Positions 8,731 through 18,299 of a stretch of 64,000 nt of DNA are shown in pieces (position 1 is the stretch's first letter; every line of letters begins with the position of its first letter). Below the pieces are notes generated by a model. It saw nothing but the letters and a program-made list of their open reading frames with translations, made no database searches and had not been told where the DNA came from. The position numbers and the translations under genes were made by a program. The stretch comes from an uncultured Verrucomicrobiae bacterium. GTDB taxonomy: Bacteria; Verrucomicrobiota; Verrucomicrobiia; Chthoniobacterales; Chthoniobacteraceae. Location: contig CAWHEP010000010.1 of the NCBI GenBank assembly GCA_963828525.1, positions 96,001 through 160,000 of the forward strand, in the 5' to 3' direction.

Positions 8731-10923
8731 ATGGAAAATCCGACCGTGAAGCAAACCGAAGGTGGCGCGCCTGTTCCAACAGTCGCGGAGAATTACCAGC
8801 CAGGAGTCTCAACTCCGCAGGGAGCCACATTTGACGGCAAAGGGACGAATTTTGCCCTCTTCTCCGAGGGAGCCGAGTATGTCGATCTCTGCCTGTTTGA
8901 CAAATCCGAGCAGACCAAAGAATCGGTGACCGTCCGCATGCGGGAGCGCACGAACGGCGTATGGCACATTTACCTGCCAGACGTCGGGGTCGGACAGCTT
9001 TACGGCTACCGTGTACACGGCCCGTACGAGCCGGAGAATGGGTTGCGCTTCAACCACAACAAGCTCCTCCTGGACCCCTATGCCAAGGCTATCGGGCGCG
9101 AGATTGTCTGGGACGATTCTCTCTTCGGCTACACCATAGGCGCGGAGGGCGATGATCTCACGTTCGACGAGCGCGACAGCGCCCCCTTTGCGCCACTGGG
9201 GATCATTATCGACAATACGTTTGACTGGGAGGACGACAAGCCGCTGACCACCGCCTGGCACAACACCGTCATCTACGAGGCGCACGTGAAAGGCCTCACG
9301 ATGACCCATCCGGACGTCCCGGATGAAATTCGCGGCACCTACGCAGCCATCGCCTCCAAACCGATCATCGATTATCTCACACGGCTCGGCATCACCGCCA
9401 TCGAGCTGATCCCGATTCAATATTTCGCGGATGATCGCCATCTTCAGGAGAAAGGCCTGCACAATTACTGGGGGTATAACACCCTTGGTTTCTTCGCGCC
9501 CCAGCGCGCCTACGCGGCAAGCCAGTCGCACCCCGCGGACGTAGTGAAGGAGTTCCGCGAGATGGTGAAGGCGCTGCACAAGGCGGGCATCGAGGTCATC
9601 CTCGACGTCGTTTACAATCACACGGCGGAAGGGAACGAGCGCGGCCCTACCTTATCCTTCCGGGGCATCGACAATAAGGCCTACTACCGCACGGTAGAGG
9701 GCAAAGAGCGCCATTACATGGATTTTACCGGCTGCGGCAACACCCTCAACATGGTTCATCCGCACAGCCTCCAGCTCCTCATGGACAGCCTTCGCTACTG
9801 GGTCACGGAGATGCACGTGGACGGTTTCCGCTTTGACCTCGCGAGCGCCCTCGCGCGCTCGCTCTATGACGTGGACCAGCTTGGCGCCTTCTTTACTTCC
9901 ATCTATCAGGATCCCACACTGGCGACGACCAAGCTGATCGCCGAACCTTGGGATCTCGGCATGGGCGGCTACCAGGTCGGCCAATTCCCGATCAACTGGA
10001 CGGAATGGAACGGTAAATACCGGGACAGTGTTCGCAAGTATTGGAAGGGCGAGACGGGCATGCACGGCGAGATTGCCATGCGGCTGGGCGGAAGCGCGGA
10101 CCTCTACGAGCAAGGCGGGCGGCTCCCTTCAGCCAGCATCAACTTCATCATCGCGCACGATGGCTTCACTCTGCACGACCTTGTCAGCTACAACGAGAAG
10201 CACAACGAAGCCAACGGCGAAAATAACAACGATGGCGCGAACGACAACGAGAGTTGGAACTGCGGAGTCGAGGGGCCAACGGACGATCCGGAGATCAACA
10301 AACTGCGCGAACAACAGAAACGTAACTTTCTCGCTACTCTCATGCTTTCTCAAGGCGTGCCGATGCTTTGCGCGGGTGACGAAATCAGCCGTACCCAAGG
10401 CGGCAATAACAACGGCTACTGCCAGGACACCGAGATCACGTGGCACGACTGGAACCTGGATGAAACCAAAAAATCCCTCCTCGACTTTACCAGCCGTCTC
10501 ATCCATTTCCGCCTGGAACATCCCAACTTTCACCGCCGCAGCTACGTCGAGGCCGATCCTACCGTTTCATCCCAGGCGGGGAGCATCCGCTGGTTGCGCT
10601 CCGACGGAGAGCCCATGGGCGAACAAGATTGGAACGAGGGGGGTTGGATGCGCACCATCGGTATGTACCTCTCTGGAGAAGCCCCCGAAATTCGGGATGC
10701 TTCCGGTGTCCGCGTCACTGATGACGACTTCCTGGTTCTTCTCAACAGCCATCACGAACCGGTTGACTTCAAGCTGCCAGAGGAAGCGCGTGGCAAGACA
10801 TGGACCGTGTCCCTCGACACCACCCGCCCCGAGCTGAAATCTGGAGCGGAGTCTGTCGTTGACGATACGTTCACAGTACAAGGCCGATCCCTGGCCGTGA
10901 TTGCTCACGCGCCGGAAACTTAA
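8731..10923 (+). CDS. glgX: Glycogen debranching enzyme (isoamylase, GH13)
   Basis: Motifs GATFDGKGTNFALFS, KLLLDPYAKAI, NYWGYNTLGFF, VDGFRFDLA, LIAEPWD, AHDGFTL. Start placed at ATG 8731 (MENPTV); the ORF track extends to 8614. Confidence 0.95.
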   Translation: MENPTVKQTEGGAPVPTVAENYQPGVSTPQGATFDGKGTNFALFSEGAEYVDLCLFDKSEQTKESVTVRMRERTNGVWHIYLPDVGVGQLYGYRVHGPYEPENGLRFNHNKLLLDPYAKAIGREIVWDDSLFGYTIGAEGDDLTFDERDSAPFAPLGIIIDNTFDWEDDKPLTTAWHNTVIYEAHVKGLTMTHPDVPDEIRGTYAAIASKPIIDYLTRLGITAIELIPIQYFADDRHLQEKGLHNYWGYNTLGFFAPQRAYAASQSHPADVVKEFREMVKALHKAGIEVILDVVYNHTAEGNERGPTLSFRGIDNKAYYRTVEGKERHYMDFTGCGNTLNMVHPHSLQLLMDSLRYWVTEMHVDGFRFDLASALARSLYDVDQLGAFFTSIYQDPTLATTKLIAEPWDLGMGGYQVGQFPINWTEWNGKYRDSVRKYWKGETGMHGEIAMRLGGSADLYEQGGRLPSASINFIIAHDGFTLHDLVSYNEKHNEANGENNNDGANDNESWNCGVEGPTDDPEINKLREQQKRNFLATLMLSQGVPMLCAGDEISRTQGGNNNGYCQDTEITWHDWNLDETKKSLLDFTSRLIHFRLEHPNFHRRSYVEADPTVSSQAGSIRWLRSDGEPMGEQDWNEGGWMRTIGMYLSGEAPEIRDASGVRVTDDDFLVLLNSHHEPVDFKLPEEARGKTWTVSLDTTRPELKSGAESVVDDTFTVQGRSLAVIAHAPET

Positions 10924-10948
10924 AATTCCACGCCGCTTCCCACGCGGA

Positions 10949-11605
10949 TTAAACGACGACGGGCGCCGCCGTGACCCCCGCAAAAGGCAGCGCCGGATTC
11001 GGGTGCTCTTCGGTGTCTGCCGTGGCGGGTTCCACGAGACGGCGGCTCCCCAGCAGATGCTGGAAGCGCCGGGCCTCGATCTGATAGCACGCCTGCAGCA
11101 GATCGATTTCCAATCCAAGGATCTGCCGTATCTCCCGGATTGGAAGATCAAGCACCTCTTCGAAGTTAAACGTGTCAAGCGGGTGGCAGGCCGAGATGTA
11201 CCCTGTCGCCACGGCGTCCCGGAAGATCCTCGCATGGTCTGGCTTGAACCGATACGCTTTTGGATACAGATGGCAGGCCGCCTTGCAATACCACCAGGCC
11301 TCCAGCGTCGAAACCCTGTCCGTGCTCCCCATCGTGAACCCGATCACGAATGCTTCGTCGGCGATGGTATAGCCGCGCCCCAGGATGATGTGAATGAAGT
11401 CATGCTGCCTCAGCGTCACGGCCCCATGGAATACCTGGTGGTTCGGGATCTGGTACTTGGGATTCTCAATTAGTCTAACGATCAATGGCACCTCGGTCTG
11501 GCTGTTGCCGAACGTCATGACTTGTGTGAAAACAGCTCGCAGCGACGCCGCGTCCGCTGAAAGCGGCAGGTGCCAGTAACGGAGTTCTTCTTTGCGATAA
11601 CCCAT
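10949..11605 (-). CDS. Hypothetical protein with Coq4-like HDxxH-x11-E metal-binding motif
   Basis: LRQHDFIHIILGRGYTIADEAFVIGF. Start ATG 11605 lies 4 nt after the stop of the upstream gene. Confidence 0.7.
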   Translation of the reverse strand: MGYRKEELRYWHLPLSADAASLRAVFTQVMTFGNSQTEVPLIVRLIENPKYQIPNHQVFHGAVTLRQHDFIHIILGRGYTIADEAFVIGFTMGSTDRVSTLEAWWYCKAACHLYPKAYRFKPDHARIFRDAVATGYISACHPLDTFNFEEVLDLPIREIRQILGLEIDLLQACYQIEARRFQHLLGSRRLVEPATADTEEHPNPALPFAGVTAAPVVV

Positions 11606-11609
11606 GTTT

Positions 11610-12260
11610 CTATTCCGTAAGCTTGGTGTCTCCCTGGATCCGATCAATCACCTGGTTTGCCATGCTGTTCTCACTTCGCAACGACTTCTCCAGTTCCTCC
11701 AGCTTGTCTTCGGGGGTGGCGCCCGCGAGATTTTTGATCACTTCATTTTGTCTTTGCAGAACTGTGAAACTGTCCTGCATCGCTTTGACACTTTTCTGGA
11801 AATGGGCGAGGCAGTCGGCGTCAGATTCGCCGCGCGGCGTTGAAGCCTCCTCCACCATCTGGTTGAAGATGTCCCGCGCCACAGCCTCGATTCGCAACGC
11901 TTGAGCCGTGGGATTCTGTTCCGCCTCGTTGAGCCTGGTGATTTCACGAAGCGCCGCGCTGGCGTCCAGCAAAGCCTCCGATTCCGCGATTCGCCCGCGC
12001 GAAGACAGGCTGTCAACAAGCTGCCGCAGTTTCTCATCATCCGCAGCCTGCTTCTCCAGCAGGAGCTTTCCTCTCACTACATTCGTGACGCGCGGCCAGA
12101 AGCGCGCCCAGCAGCCAGCCACCAGAACCGATGGGATGAGCATCAACCCGGTATTGGCCCACCATGGCAGGCTGCAGGCGGCCACAATTCCCATTGATGG
12201 CACAAAGGGCGCCCACGTGAGTGGCGTCCAGAAAATCTCCTTCAGCCCTCCCATCGCCAC
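11610..12260 (-). CDS. Hypothetical membrane protein (N-terminal TM segments plus helical/coiled-coil C-terminus)
   Basis: GGAGGGAGA RBS before GTG 12260/ATG 12254; hydrophobic N-terminus followed by a helical, charged region. Confidence 0.7.
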   Translation of the reverse strand: MAMGGLKEIFWTPLTWAPFVPSMGIVAACSLPWWANTGLMLIPSVLVAGCWARFWPRVTNVVRGKLLLEKQAADDEKLRQLVDSLSSRGRIAESEALLDASAALREITRLNEAEQNPTAQALRIEAVARDIFNQMVEEASTPRGESDADCLAHFQKSVKAMQDSFTVLQRQNEVIKNLAGATPEDKLEELEKSLRSENSMANQVIDRIQGDTKLTE

Positions 12261-12280
12261 TCTCCCTCCAGGTATCGATT

Positions 12281-13804
12281 TCACCCGCTCTTGTCCTCCA
12301 TCAAATAGACCCGCGCGTGCCGGCACAGCCGTTTCCATGCAGCCTCCGACTGATCCTGCTGACGCGGAGGAAGATTGCTGCTGCCCAACCCTTCGGAATG
12401 GATGCGGTTGGGATCCACACCGCAAGAGATCAAAAAATCCGTCACAGCTTGGGCGCGCTCGTTCGAGAGGGCTTGATCCAGGCTCGCGTCACTCCCCGGG
12501 CTGACCTGCGCGGTGACCTTTACCCTTTGATCGGGATAATACGTCAGGCGCTTGGCAGCTTCCCTCAGCAACTCCCTGGAATCATCGTCCAGCGTCGATT
12601 GCCCGCTGGGAAAGTTAATGGGTTCATCGAGAAGCGTTCCGGCGACGCCGACTTTGCTCCACTCTTCGTCAGTCAGCAGGGGAAAAGTGGATTGGGTGGA
12701 CGCGACATCCACACTCTCCAACTCTGGGAAATTCACCAGACCGCCGAGTACGCGGCTATTCAAAACAGCGTACGGGTCGCCCCCCAGCGGGTCGCTGGAA
12801 AAGTCGCCGGATTTAACGAGGATATCCGATATTGCCTGGAGGCTGTCTACGATCCGGGCGCTGCCGGAAGGGACGCTACCGAACCAGTTTGTCTGGTTTT
12901 CACCGAGCGATATAAATCGGATTCCTTTCAACATTTGATCAACCACCGCGGGTGGCTGCCCGCTGAACGCCACAGCCAGGTCTCGCATCTCGTCCGGGTG
13001 ATTCAGGTAGTGATGCAGCGCCAGAAAATACGAGCGGGAGACCACATCCACAAGCGCTGGCTCTCTGGCAACGACCGTCCGGGAGGCAACTGTGACGTCG
13101 AGGACGAGGCCGCGGGCCTGGGATGTGTCGAGCAGGCGCTTGGCCCCTTTGATCTCATGCAGCGCGCGGGAAGTGAACGGTTCCCACAGCACCGCGAAGT
13201 CCACCGATCCACTTGCGAGGGCGCTGTATACATCCTCCTCCTTGTCTCTTTGAAAGGAACTCATCTTCCCGTCCAGATTGTCCAGGCGGAAGTGCGTTCG
13301 GCTGGACTTCAGGAAAAACTCGCTCGGCGAGTTGCCGACGAACGCGCCTTTGATCCCAGGCGTATTCAGCGAGTCCAAATTCGCAACCTTGCCGCCGCCG
13401 ATGATCGCGTCGCCACCGTGCGATTCGTCGATCATGAAAATGACCACTCCCGGGTAATTCGCGCCTTTGCCGTTCGAGATGAAGCTGTCCGCCGTGATTG
13501 CAAGAAAGTCGCACTTTCCCGCGCCCAGGCCCTCCACACGCTGCTTGAAATCAAACACCATTTCGTACTTCAACCCTATCCGGTGCTTGCGCAGCGCGTC
13601 CTGCATCGCCCGCGATTTGAAGATCAAATAACCAAGCCAGTCATCTCCCCACACCGTGACGACTCTGTCCACGTCACCCGCGTCACTTGTCAGCAACAGC
13701 TCCTGATGTTGCGCTTGAGAGATTCGCCAGGGCGCGGCCAGCTTCCAGCCAGCAAGCCCTGCCAGGATGGCGAGCAAACACAGGACGGTGATCTTCCGGA
13801 TCAC
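12281..13804 (-). CDS. Solute-binding protein (NMT1/SsuA-like PBP2) fused to a C-terminal OmpA-like domain
   Basis: N-terminal anchor; IDESHGGDAI, SPSEFFL and AVLWEPFTSRAL (PBP2-type); INFPSGQSTL...QALSNERAQAVTDFLISCGVDPNRIHSEGLGSS (OmpA-C). Start estimated at GTG 13804. Confidence 0.85.
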   Translation of the reverse strand: MIRKITVLCLLAILAGLAGWKLAAPWRISQAQHQELLLTSDAGDVDRVVTVWGDDWLGYLIFKSRAMQDALRKHRIGLKYEMVFDFKQRVEGLGAGKCDFLAITADSFISNGKGANYPGVVIFMIDESHGGDAIIGGGKVANLDSLNTPGIKGAFVGNSPSEFFLKSSRTHFRLDNLDGKMSSFQRDKEEDVYSALASGSVDFAVLWEPFTSRALHEIKGAKRLLDTSQARGLVLDVTVASRTVVAREPALVDVVSRSYFLALHHYLNHPDEMRDLAVAFSGQPPAVVDQMLKGIRFISLGENQTNWFGSVPSGSARIVDSLQAISDILVKSGDFSSDPLGGDPYAVLNSRVLGGLVNFPELESVDVASTQSTFPLLTDEEWSKVGVAGTLLDEPINFPSGQSTLDDDSRELLREAAKRLTYYPDQRVKVTAQVSPGSDASLDQALSNERAQAVTDFLISCGVDPNRIHSEGLGSSNLPPRQQDQSEAAWKRLCRHARVYLMEDKSG

Positions 13805-13847
13805 GGCTCTGGCAGGTTGTAAGCTCCGGCTCGCGCGCCCACGAATT

Positions 13848-14714
13848 TCACCTCCTCGCGCTTCTAAACGCGAGCGCCACCAGCAGCAATAGCAAAACCC
13901 CAACCACCTCTCCGAGTGTGATCACCAGCCTCCAGAGGCGTGACGCCGCGTCCCCGTGGCCCGCTTCTGGCGCGGGAACTACGGTCGGCGCCGGGGTGCT
14001 CTCGTCCGCTTTCTTGCTTTCGACCGGCATCTCAGAGATTGCCCGAAGATCCTCGGGCGTCGTCTTGACCTCGCCCCCAAGATCGACCTCCGCGTCCACC
14101 TTCTTCAACCCGCTCTTAAGCGCTTCCAAATCATCAGCCTGATAATAGTGGGTGGATGCTTGCGCGAGGTAATCGCCGTCCCCGTGGTAACCAATGCCAA
14201 CCACCTCGATGTTTAGCGACCGCATCTTCCTGATCACATTCAGAACCTCATCATCCCCTCCCGAATCCTGGTTTTCCTGACCATCCGTGAACAGGAGAAC
14301 CAGGTGCCGCTCGTAGGGTGTCACCTTTTTTCGGCGCTCCTGGATCTGCCGAGTTGCGAGTTTCAGGGCGCTCACGATGGGCGTGTTGGTGTGCGCGGAG
14401 AACCCTGCGATGGCCTGCGCCACTTGCTCAGGGCTCCTGCAAAACGGCACCACGACGCGGCCCCCGTCGTCAAAATCGATCAAACTCCAGGTGTACGTAT
14501 TCAGCGTAGATTGCAGCCATGCTTGAAAGGCTGCCTTCGCCTCATCGATCTTCCGCCCTTCCATACTTCCCGAGTTATCGAAGATCACCGTGATTGCCGT
14601 TCCCATATCAGGGTCGCCAGCTTCTTTCACCCCTTCGGAAGTCGAAGACGAGCCACACACAACCCGGGCAGCTAGCGCAAACACCAGGATTAAAAAGAAC
14701 CGGGGGATTTTCAT
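13848..14714 (-). CDS. Exported, membrane-anchored von Willebrand factor A domain protein
   Basis: Signal peptide MKIPRFFLILVFALA; MIDAS DNSGS...TNTP...FTDGQEN; Pro/Ala-rich linker and C-terminal TM followed by RSARR. Confidence 0.88.
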   Translation of the reverse strand: MKIPRFFLILVFALAARVVCGSSSTSEGVKEAGDPDMGTAITVIFDNSGSMEGRKIDEAKAAFQAWLQSTLNTYTWSLIDFDDGGRVVVPFCRSPEQVAQAIAGFSAHTNTPIVSALKLATRQIQERRKKVTPYERHLVLLFTDGQENQDSGGDDEVLNVIRKMRSLNIEVVGIGYHGDGDYLAQASTHYYQADDLEALKSGLKKVDAEVDLGGEVKTTPEDLRAISEMPVESKKADESTPAPTVVPAPEAGHGDAASRLWRLVITLGEVVGVLLLLLVALAFRSARR

Positions 14715-14721
14715 GGGAGCT

Positions 14722-16560
14722 TTACCGGAGGTCATCCGCTTTGAAACTCGTGGGCAGCTCACTTTCAACTCCGATGATGACGAGTTCGCCCCGCATATTC
14801 GCCTCGCGTTGTTCAGAAGTCGTCGCGTTGGGATAGACCGGATCAGCCACTCCCATCCCCTTCACATCGAACCGGGAAAGATCCACCTCCGCGGGCGACA
14901 GACCGACTTTCTCCCGGAGGTATCGCGCATACGCCTGCTTGATCGCCAGGGCTCTGGAAATCGATAGCTGGTTTGCGGCGTTTGTGAGTTCATCCAGGCC
15001 GGGAAGCGGCAGCGCTTCAAACTGGCCGCTCTCGGAATTGCGACGCTCGTAGGTCTTGTCGCCCCGCGCCGCCTTCATGCGCACGAAATTGTAGAAGAAG
15101 TTGTCCGCGTGCCCTCGGAGCTGAACGACCGCTCCCCCGTAGCGCGAGACCTTCTCGTGGATCGTATCAAAAACCTGCGGATAGTCCGCCCAGTTTAGCT
15201 CCGACATCTTCGCCGGAAACTTGAAGGTGTATGTGAACAGGGTGCGCGCGTCCGCCCCTGATTCCGCCTGGCGAACCGCCGCTTGATCGATAAACCTTGG
15301 AGTCGCGGGTCCGCCCGTTTCCTTGCCGCTCGTAAACTCGTTCCAGTTCCAGTCCGCCATTTCCAGCGGATGAGGCCCCGAGACCAGCCCGATCGTCTGA
15401 TAATACGAGTGGATGCGGGCCTGGGTCGCGGAGAAGCCTACGGGGTTATTTTTGTCCGTGAAGAAACTGACGTTGCCCGCGGCCTGGGCCAGCTCGCTAT
15501 CGACGCCCACCCACAGGATGTAGTCGTTGATGGCCGCCGCGTCGCCCTCGAAGATACCCGCGAGCGGTTTGCATATTTTCTTGAACTCAGCGGTCTCGTG
15601 CGCGTTGGCCGAACCTTTCAGGGCGATGTTATCCAGATACCTCTTGAACATGGCCTGTTCTTCCAGCATGGCCGTGACAAATGCCTTCATCTGATCGGCA
15701 TGCGCGTTGAAATAGTCCCTCCTTACCGCGTACACATCGGCGATCACGCGGCTGGCCGTGCGCGTCGTCAGGATCGGGGTCGCTCCCTTGACGCTGTCTT
15801 CCGCCCCAGTGCCAATGTTTCCTCCAGCCGTCAGAGCGAGGATGTCGGGCTCGATAGCCGAAGCCCCGGTCAGCGATGGATCGTTTCGCAACGCGCTCGC
15901 GGGATCGTTTGCCGCGTCTGTTCCGCTCTTCGGGTTGAAACTGATGTCTTTGACGTACTTGATTGTTACATCTCCAGGCTGAAGACCCGCGTCCAGCAAC
16001 AGCACCTGCACGAGATCAACGTGCGGGCCATTCTGCTGAACAACGATCGTTTTTCCCTTTAGATCAAAAAGCGTTTTGATGCCTTTGGCGACAAACCCGT
16101 CGGCCCCCGTGCTCCAACTGATCTGCATGATCACGACCGGAGCCAGCCGGGGGTCTTTCCGGGCCAGCGCTTCGGAAGCGAGATCGATCATACCGACGGT
16201 GCCGCGAAGAAAGGGTGTCTTCCCTGAGACATAATCCCGAATCTGCTCTTCGAAGTCGTCCTTCAAAGCGAGACTGACGGGACGTCCCAGCGCTTTCGCG
16301 AGCTTCGAATCAGTGGACGCCTCAAGCCCGTTGTTCGCCGCCACCGTAACGCCGTCCGCCGCCCAGGTAATGATGGGAATTACCAGGCGTCCATCCGTGA
16401 CCCGCCCCACGGGTCCTTCGAACGCGCGGCTCGCCGCGAACGGCTTTGCTGGCTCAACGTAGTTCACGGGCTTCCCCGCCGCAGTCGCTACCAGCGCGGT
16501 AAACAAACAAGCCCTTATTGTGTTGCGTGTCGGGAACAAGGAGCGTTTCATGGTCGTCAT
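14722..16560 (-). CDS. Second solute-binding protein/OmpA-like fusion
   Basis: Signal peptide; SWSTGADGFV, DLKGKTIVVQ, VIADVYAVRRDYF (PBP2-type); QLRGHAD...NQLSISRA...KGMGVADP...ANMRGE (OmpA-C with an insertion). Confidence 0.82.
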   Translation of the reverse strand: MTTMKRSLFPTRNTIRACLFTALVATAAGKPVNYVEPAKPFAASRAFEGPVGRVTDGRLVIPIITWAADGVTVAANNGLEASTDSKLAKALGRPVSLALKDDFEEQIRDYVSGKTPFLRGTVGMIDLASEALARKDPRLAPVVIMQISWSTGADGFVAKGIKTLFDLKGKTIVVQQNGPHVDLVQVLLLDAGLQPGDVTIKYVKDISFNPKSGTDAANDPASALRNDPSLTGASAIEPDILALTAGGNIGTGAEDSVKGATPILTTRTASRVIADVYAVRRDYFNAHADQMKAFVTAMLEEQAMFKRYLDNIALKGSANAHETAEFKKICKPLAGIFEGDAAAINDYILWVGVDSELAQAAGNVSFFTDKNNPVGFSATQARIHSYYQTIGLVSGPHPLEMADWNWNEFTSGKETGGPATPRFIDQAAVRQAESGADARTLFTYTFKFPAKMSELNWADYPQVFDTIHEKVSRYGGAVVQLRGHADNFFYNFVRMKAARGDKTYERRNSESGQFEALPLPGLDELTNAANQLSISRALAIKQAYARYLREKVGLSPAEVDLSRFDVKGMGVADPVYPNATTSEQREANMRGELVIIGVESELPTSFKADDLR

Positions 16561-16579
16561 AGGATGATCGTGAGTCGCG

Positions 16580-18292
16580 TTACGAGGGCAGGGCCGCCCG
16601 GTCTAGCAACTCCTTCGGGATGAATTGTCGGTCGGAAGCTTCCGCGATGGCGAGATCGATCTGGTGGCCCATCACGGTTGCGGAGATCGGACTTTGATAG
16701 GTGCGCAGAGAGGTCATCAGCGCGTCACCGGCACTGATCCCTTGGCTGCGCGAATCGCGATAGACCTTCACGGCGATGGCGTTCGCTCCTCCGGGTGTCA
16801 GCCAATCCGGGAGTAGTGGCCTCAGCCCTTCAAAAAGTTCACTCTTAATCTCCAGACCTTTGCGGTGACAAAGGCGCTGGATCAGCTCGAAACTCTGCTC
16901 CGGCGTGACCGTGGGAAACAGCGGGATTTTGACATCGATTCTCCCGGGGCGCTTCAAGTCCACTTCGATCAGGTCTGGACGCGACGTGGCCAGCACCCAG
17001 ATGATCTTGCCCTGGTTATTTGTATCGCTCATTTCCTTGGCGATCATTGAATAGATCCTGCCCGAGAGCCCTGAATCTCCATCGCCGGAGTTCCGTTTTC
17101 CCAAAGCCTGGTCAGCCTCATCGATGAACACGAAGCAGCGTCCGAGAGAGTGAAGCAATCGGAATATCTTTTCCAGGTTGCCCTCCGTGCTCCCGATCCA
17201 TCGGTCACGGAAGTTTTTCAGCTTTACCACCGGAACGCCTGCCTCGCCCGCGAGGCACTCCACACTATATGTCTTGCCCGTTCCCACCGGCCCGCAGAAA
17301 AGGTATCCCATCGGTAGCGCGGTGAGGTCGCCCTCCCGCCATAGCTTTAAATCAAGGCGCAAGGTCTTTTTCAAATAGTCCTGCCCTTGCAATTCATCCA
17401 GCGATCGGGTGCTCTCCACAAATTCGATCAATCCCTCGCAATCCTGCTCAACGAGCGTCTTCTTCAAGCGCGAGAGGTCTTTGTCTTCGATTGGCTGCTT
17501 CTCATGCTCGCGGGTCAGGATCAACGCGCGTAACAGCGTCAACGAGGTTCCCACGAGTTGACGCGAAAGATTGCCCAGATCGCGGCCATCCAGGACGATC
17601 GGAGCTGCCGGGCTGAGGTGGTTCAAAAAGCGACGTATCTCTTCCTCGGAGGGCTGCGGAACCTGGATTTCCTTCGCGCGCAAATTGCGGGCGAGGATCG
17701 GGTTCAGATCCATCAAATTGTCGGCGATCAGAAAAGTCGCGAGAGGATAGGAAGCGAATATCTCCTCGCTGCTCCAGTCGCGGATCAGGAGCGTCAGCGC
17801 GTTGACATCGTAGCTCAGGCCGCCCTGCAATGCGGGCGCGATCAGGTGCGCCCCTTTGATGATGCACGCGATCGACGGCGGCGCCTCGTTCTCTCCCGGA
17901 CTTCGAACGCGCAGAAGGTTTCCCTGATACCGAAAGAGGTAGGTTAGATACTCGATCACCTCGCGGGGAATGATCGGCATTTTCTCCAGGCCGGATCCCG
18001 CCCACTCCTTCATCAGCTCGCCTCCTTTCAAAATCTGGATGCCGTTGCCAAGATCATAGGCGATGACGACTTTGAACTTTCCGAGAAGGTTGTTCTTTAG
18101 GTAGTCCGTCAGGCTCCCGGCGAACGTCTTCCCACCCTTCGCGCAAAGGAACTGATCGTTGACGTTCCCATGAATGATGAACTGGCTCAGCGCCTGGCTT
18201 TGATAAAGCTGGCTGATCTCGAAAGCCCAGGGTAACAATCCCTGCGCTTCGACGCTGCCCGTGGATGGCACAACGGTCTCAGTTGCCGTCAA
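16580..18292 (-). CDS. AAA+ ATPase (classical clade) with an apparently degenerate N-terminal AAA-like region
   Basis: Walker A GPVGTGKT, pore loop DRWIGSTE, Walker B VFIDEAD, sensor/SRH ATSRPDLIEVDLKRPGRID. Confidence 0.92.
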   Translation of the reverse strand: MTATETVVPSTGSVEAQGLLPWAFEISQLYQSQALSQFIIHGNVNDQFLCAKGGKTFAGSLTDYLKNNLLGKFKVVIAYDLGNGIQILKGGELMKEWAGSGLEKMPIIPREVIEYLTYLFRYQGNLLRVRSPGENEAPPSIACIIKGAHLIAPALQGGLSYDVNALTLLIRDWSSEEIFASYPLATFLIADNLMDLNPILARNLRAKEIQVPQPSEEEIRRFLNHLSPAAPIVLDGRDLGNLSRQLVGTSLTLLRALILTREHEKQPIEDKDLSRLKKTLVEQDCEGLIEFVESTRSLDELQGQDYLKKTLRLDLKLWREGDLTALPMGYLFCGPVGTGKTYSVECLAGEAGVPVVKLKNFRDRWIGSTEGNLEKIFRLLHSLGRCFVFIDEADQALGKRNSGDGDSGLSGRIYSMIAKEMSDTNNQGKIIWVLATSRPDLIEVDLKRPGRIDVKIPLFPTVTPEQSFELIQRLCHRKGLEIKSELFEGLRPLLPDWLTPGGANAIAVKVYRDSRSQGISAGDALMTSLRTYQSPISATVMGHQIDLAIAEASDRQFIPKELLDRAALPS

Positions 18293-18299
18293 AAATCTC

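Noticed and set aside
12221..13822. 533-aa plus-strand ORF
   Set aside because: It lies antisense to the SBP-OmpA gene, which carries the real motifs; typical high-GC shadow ORF.
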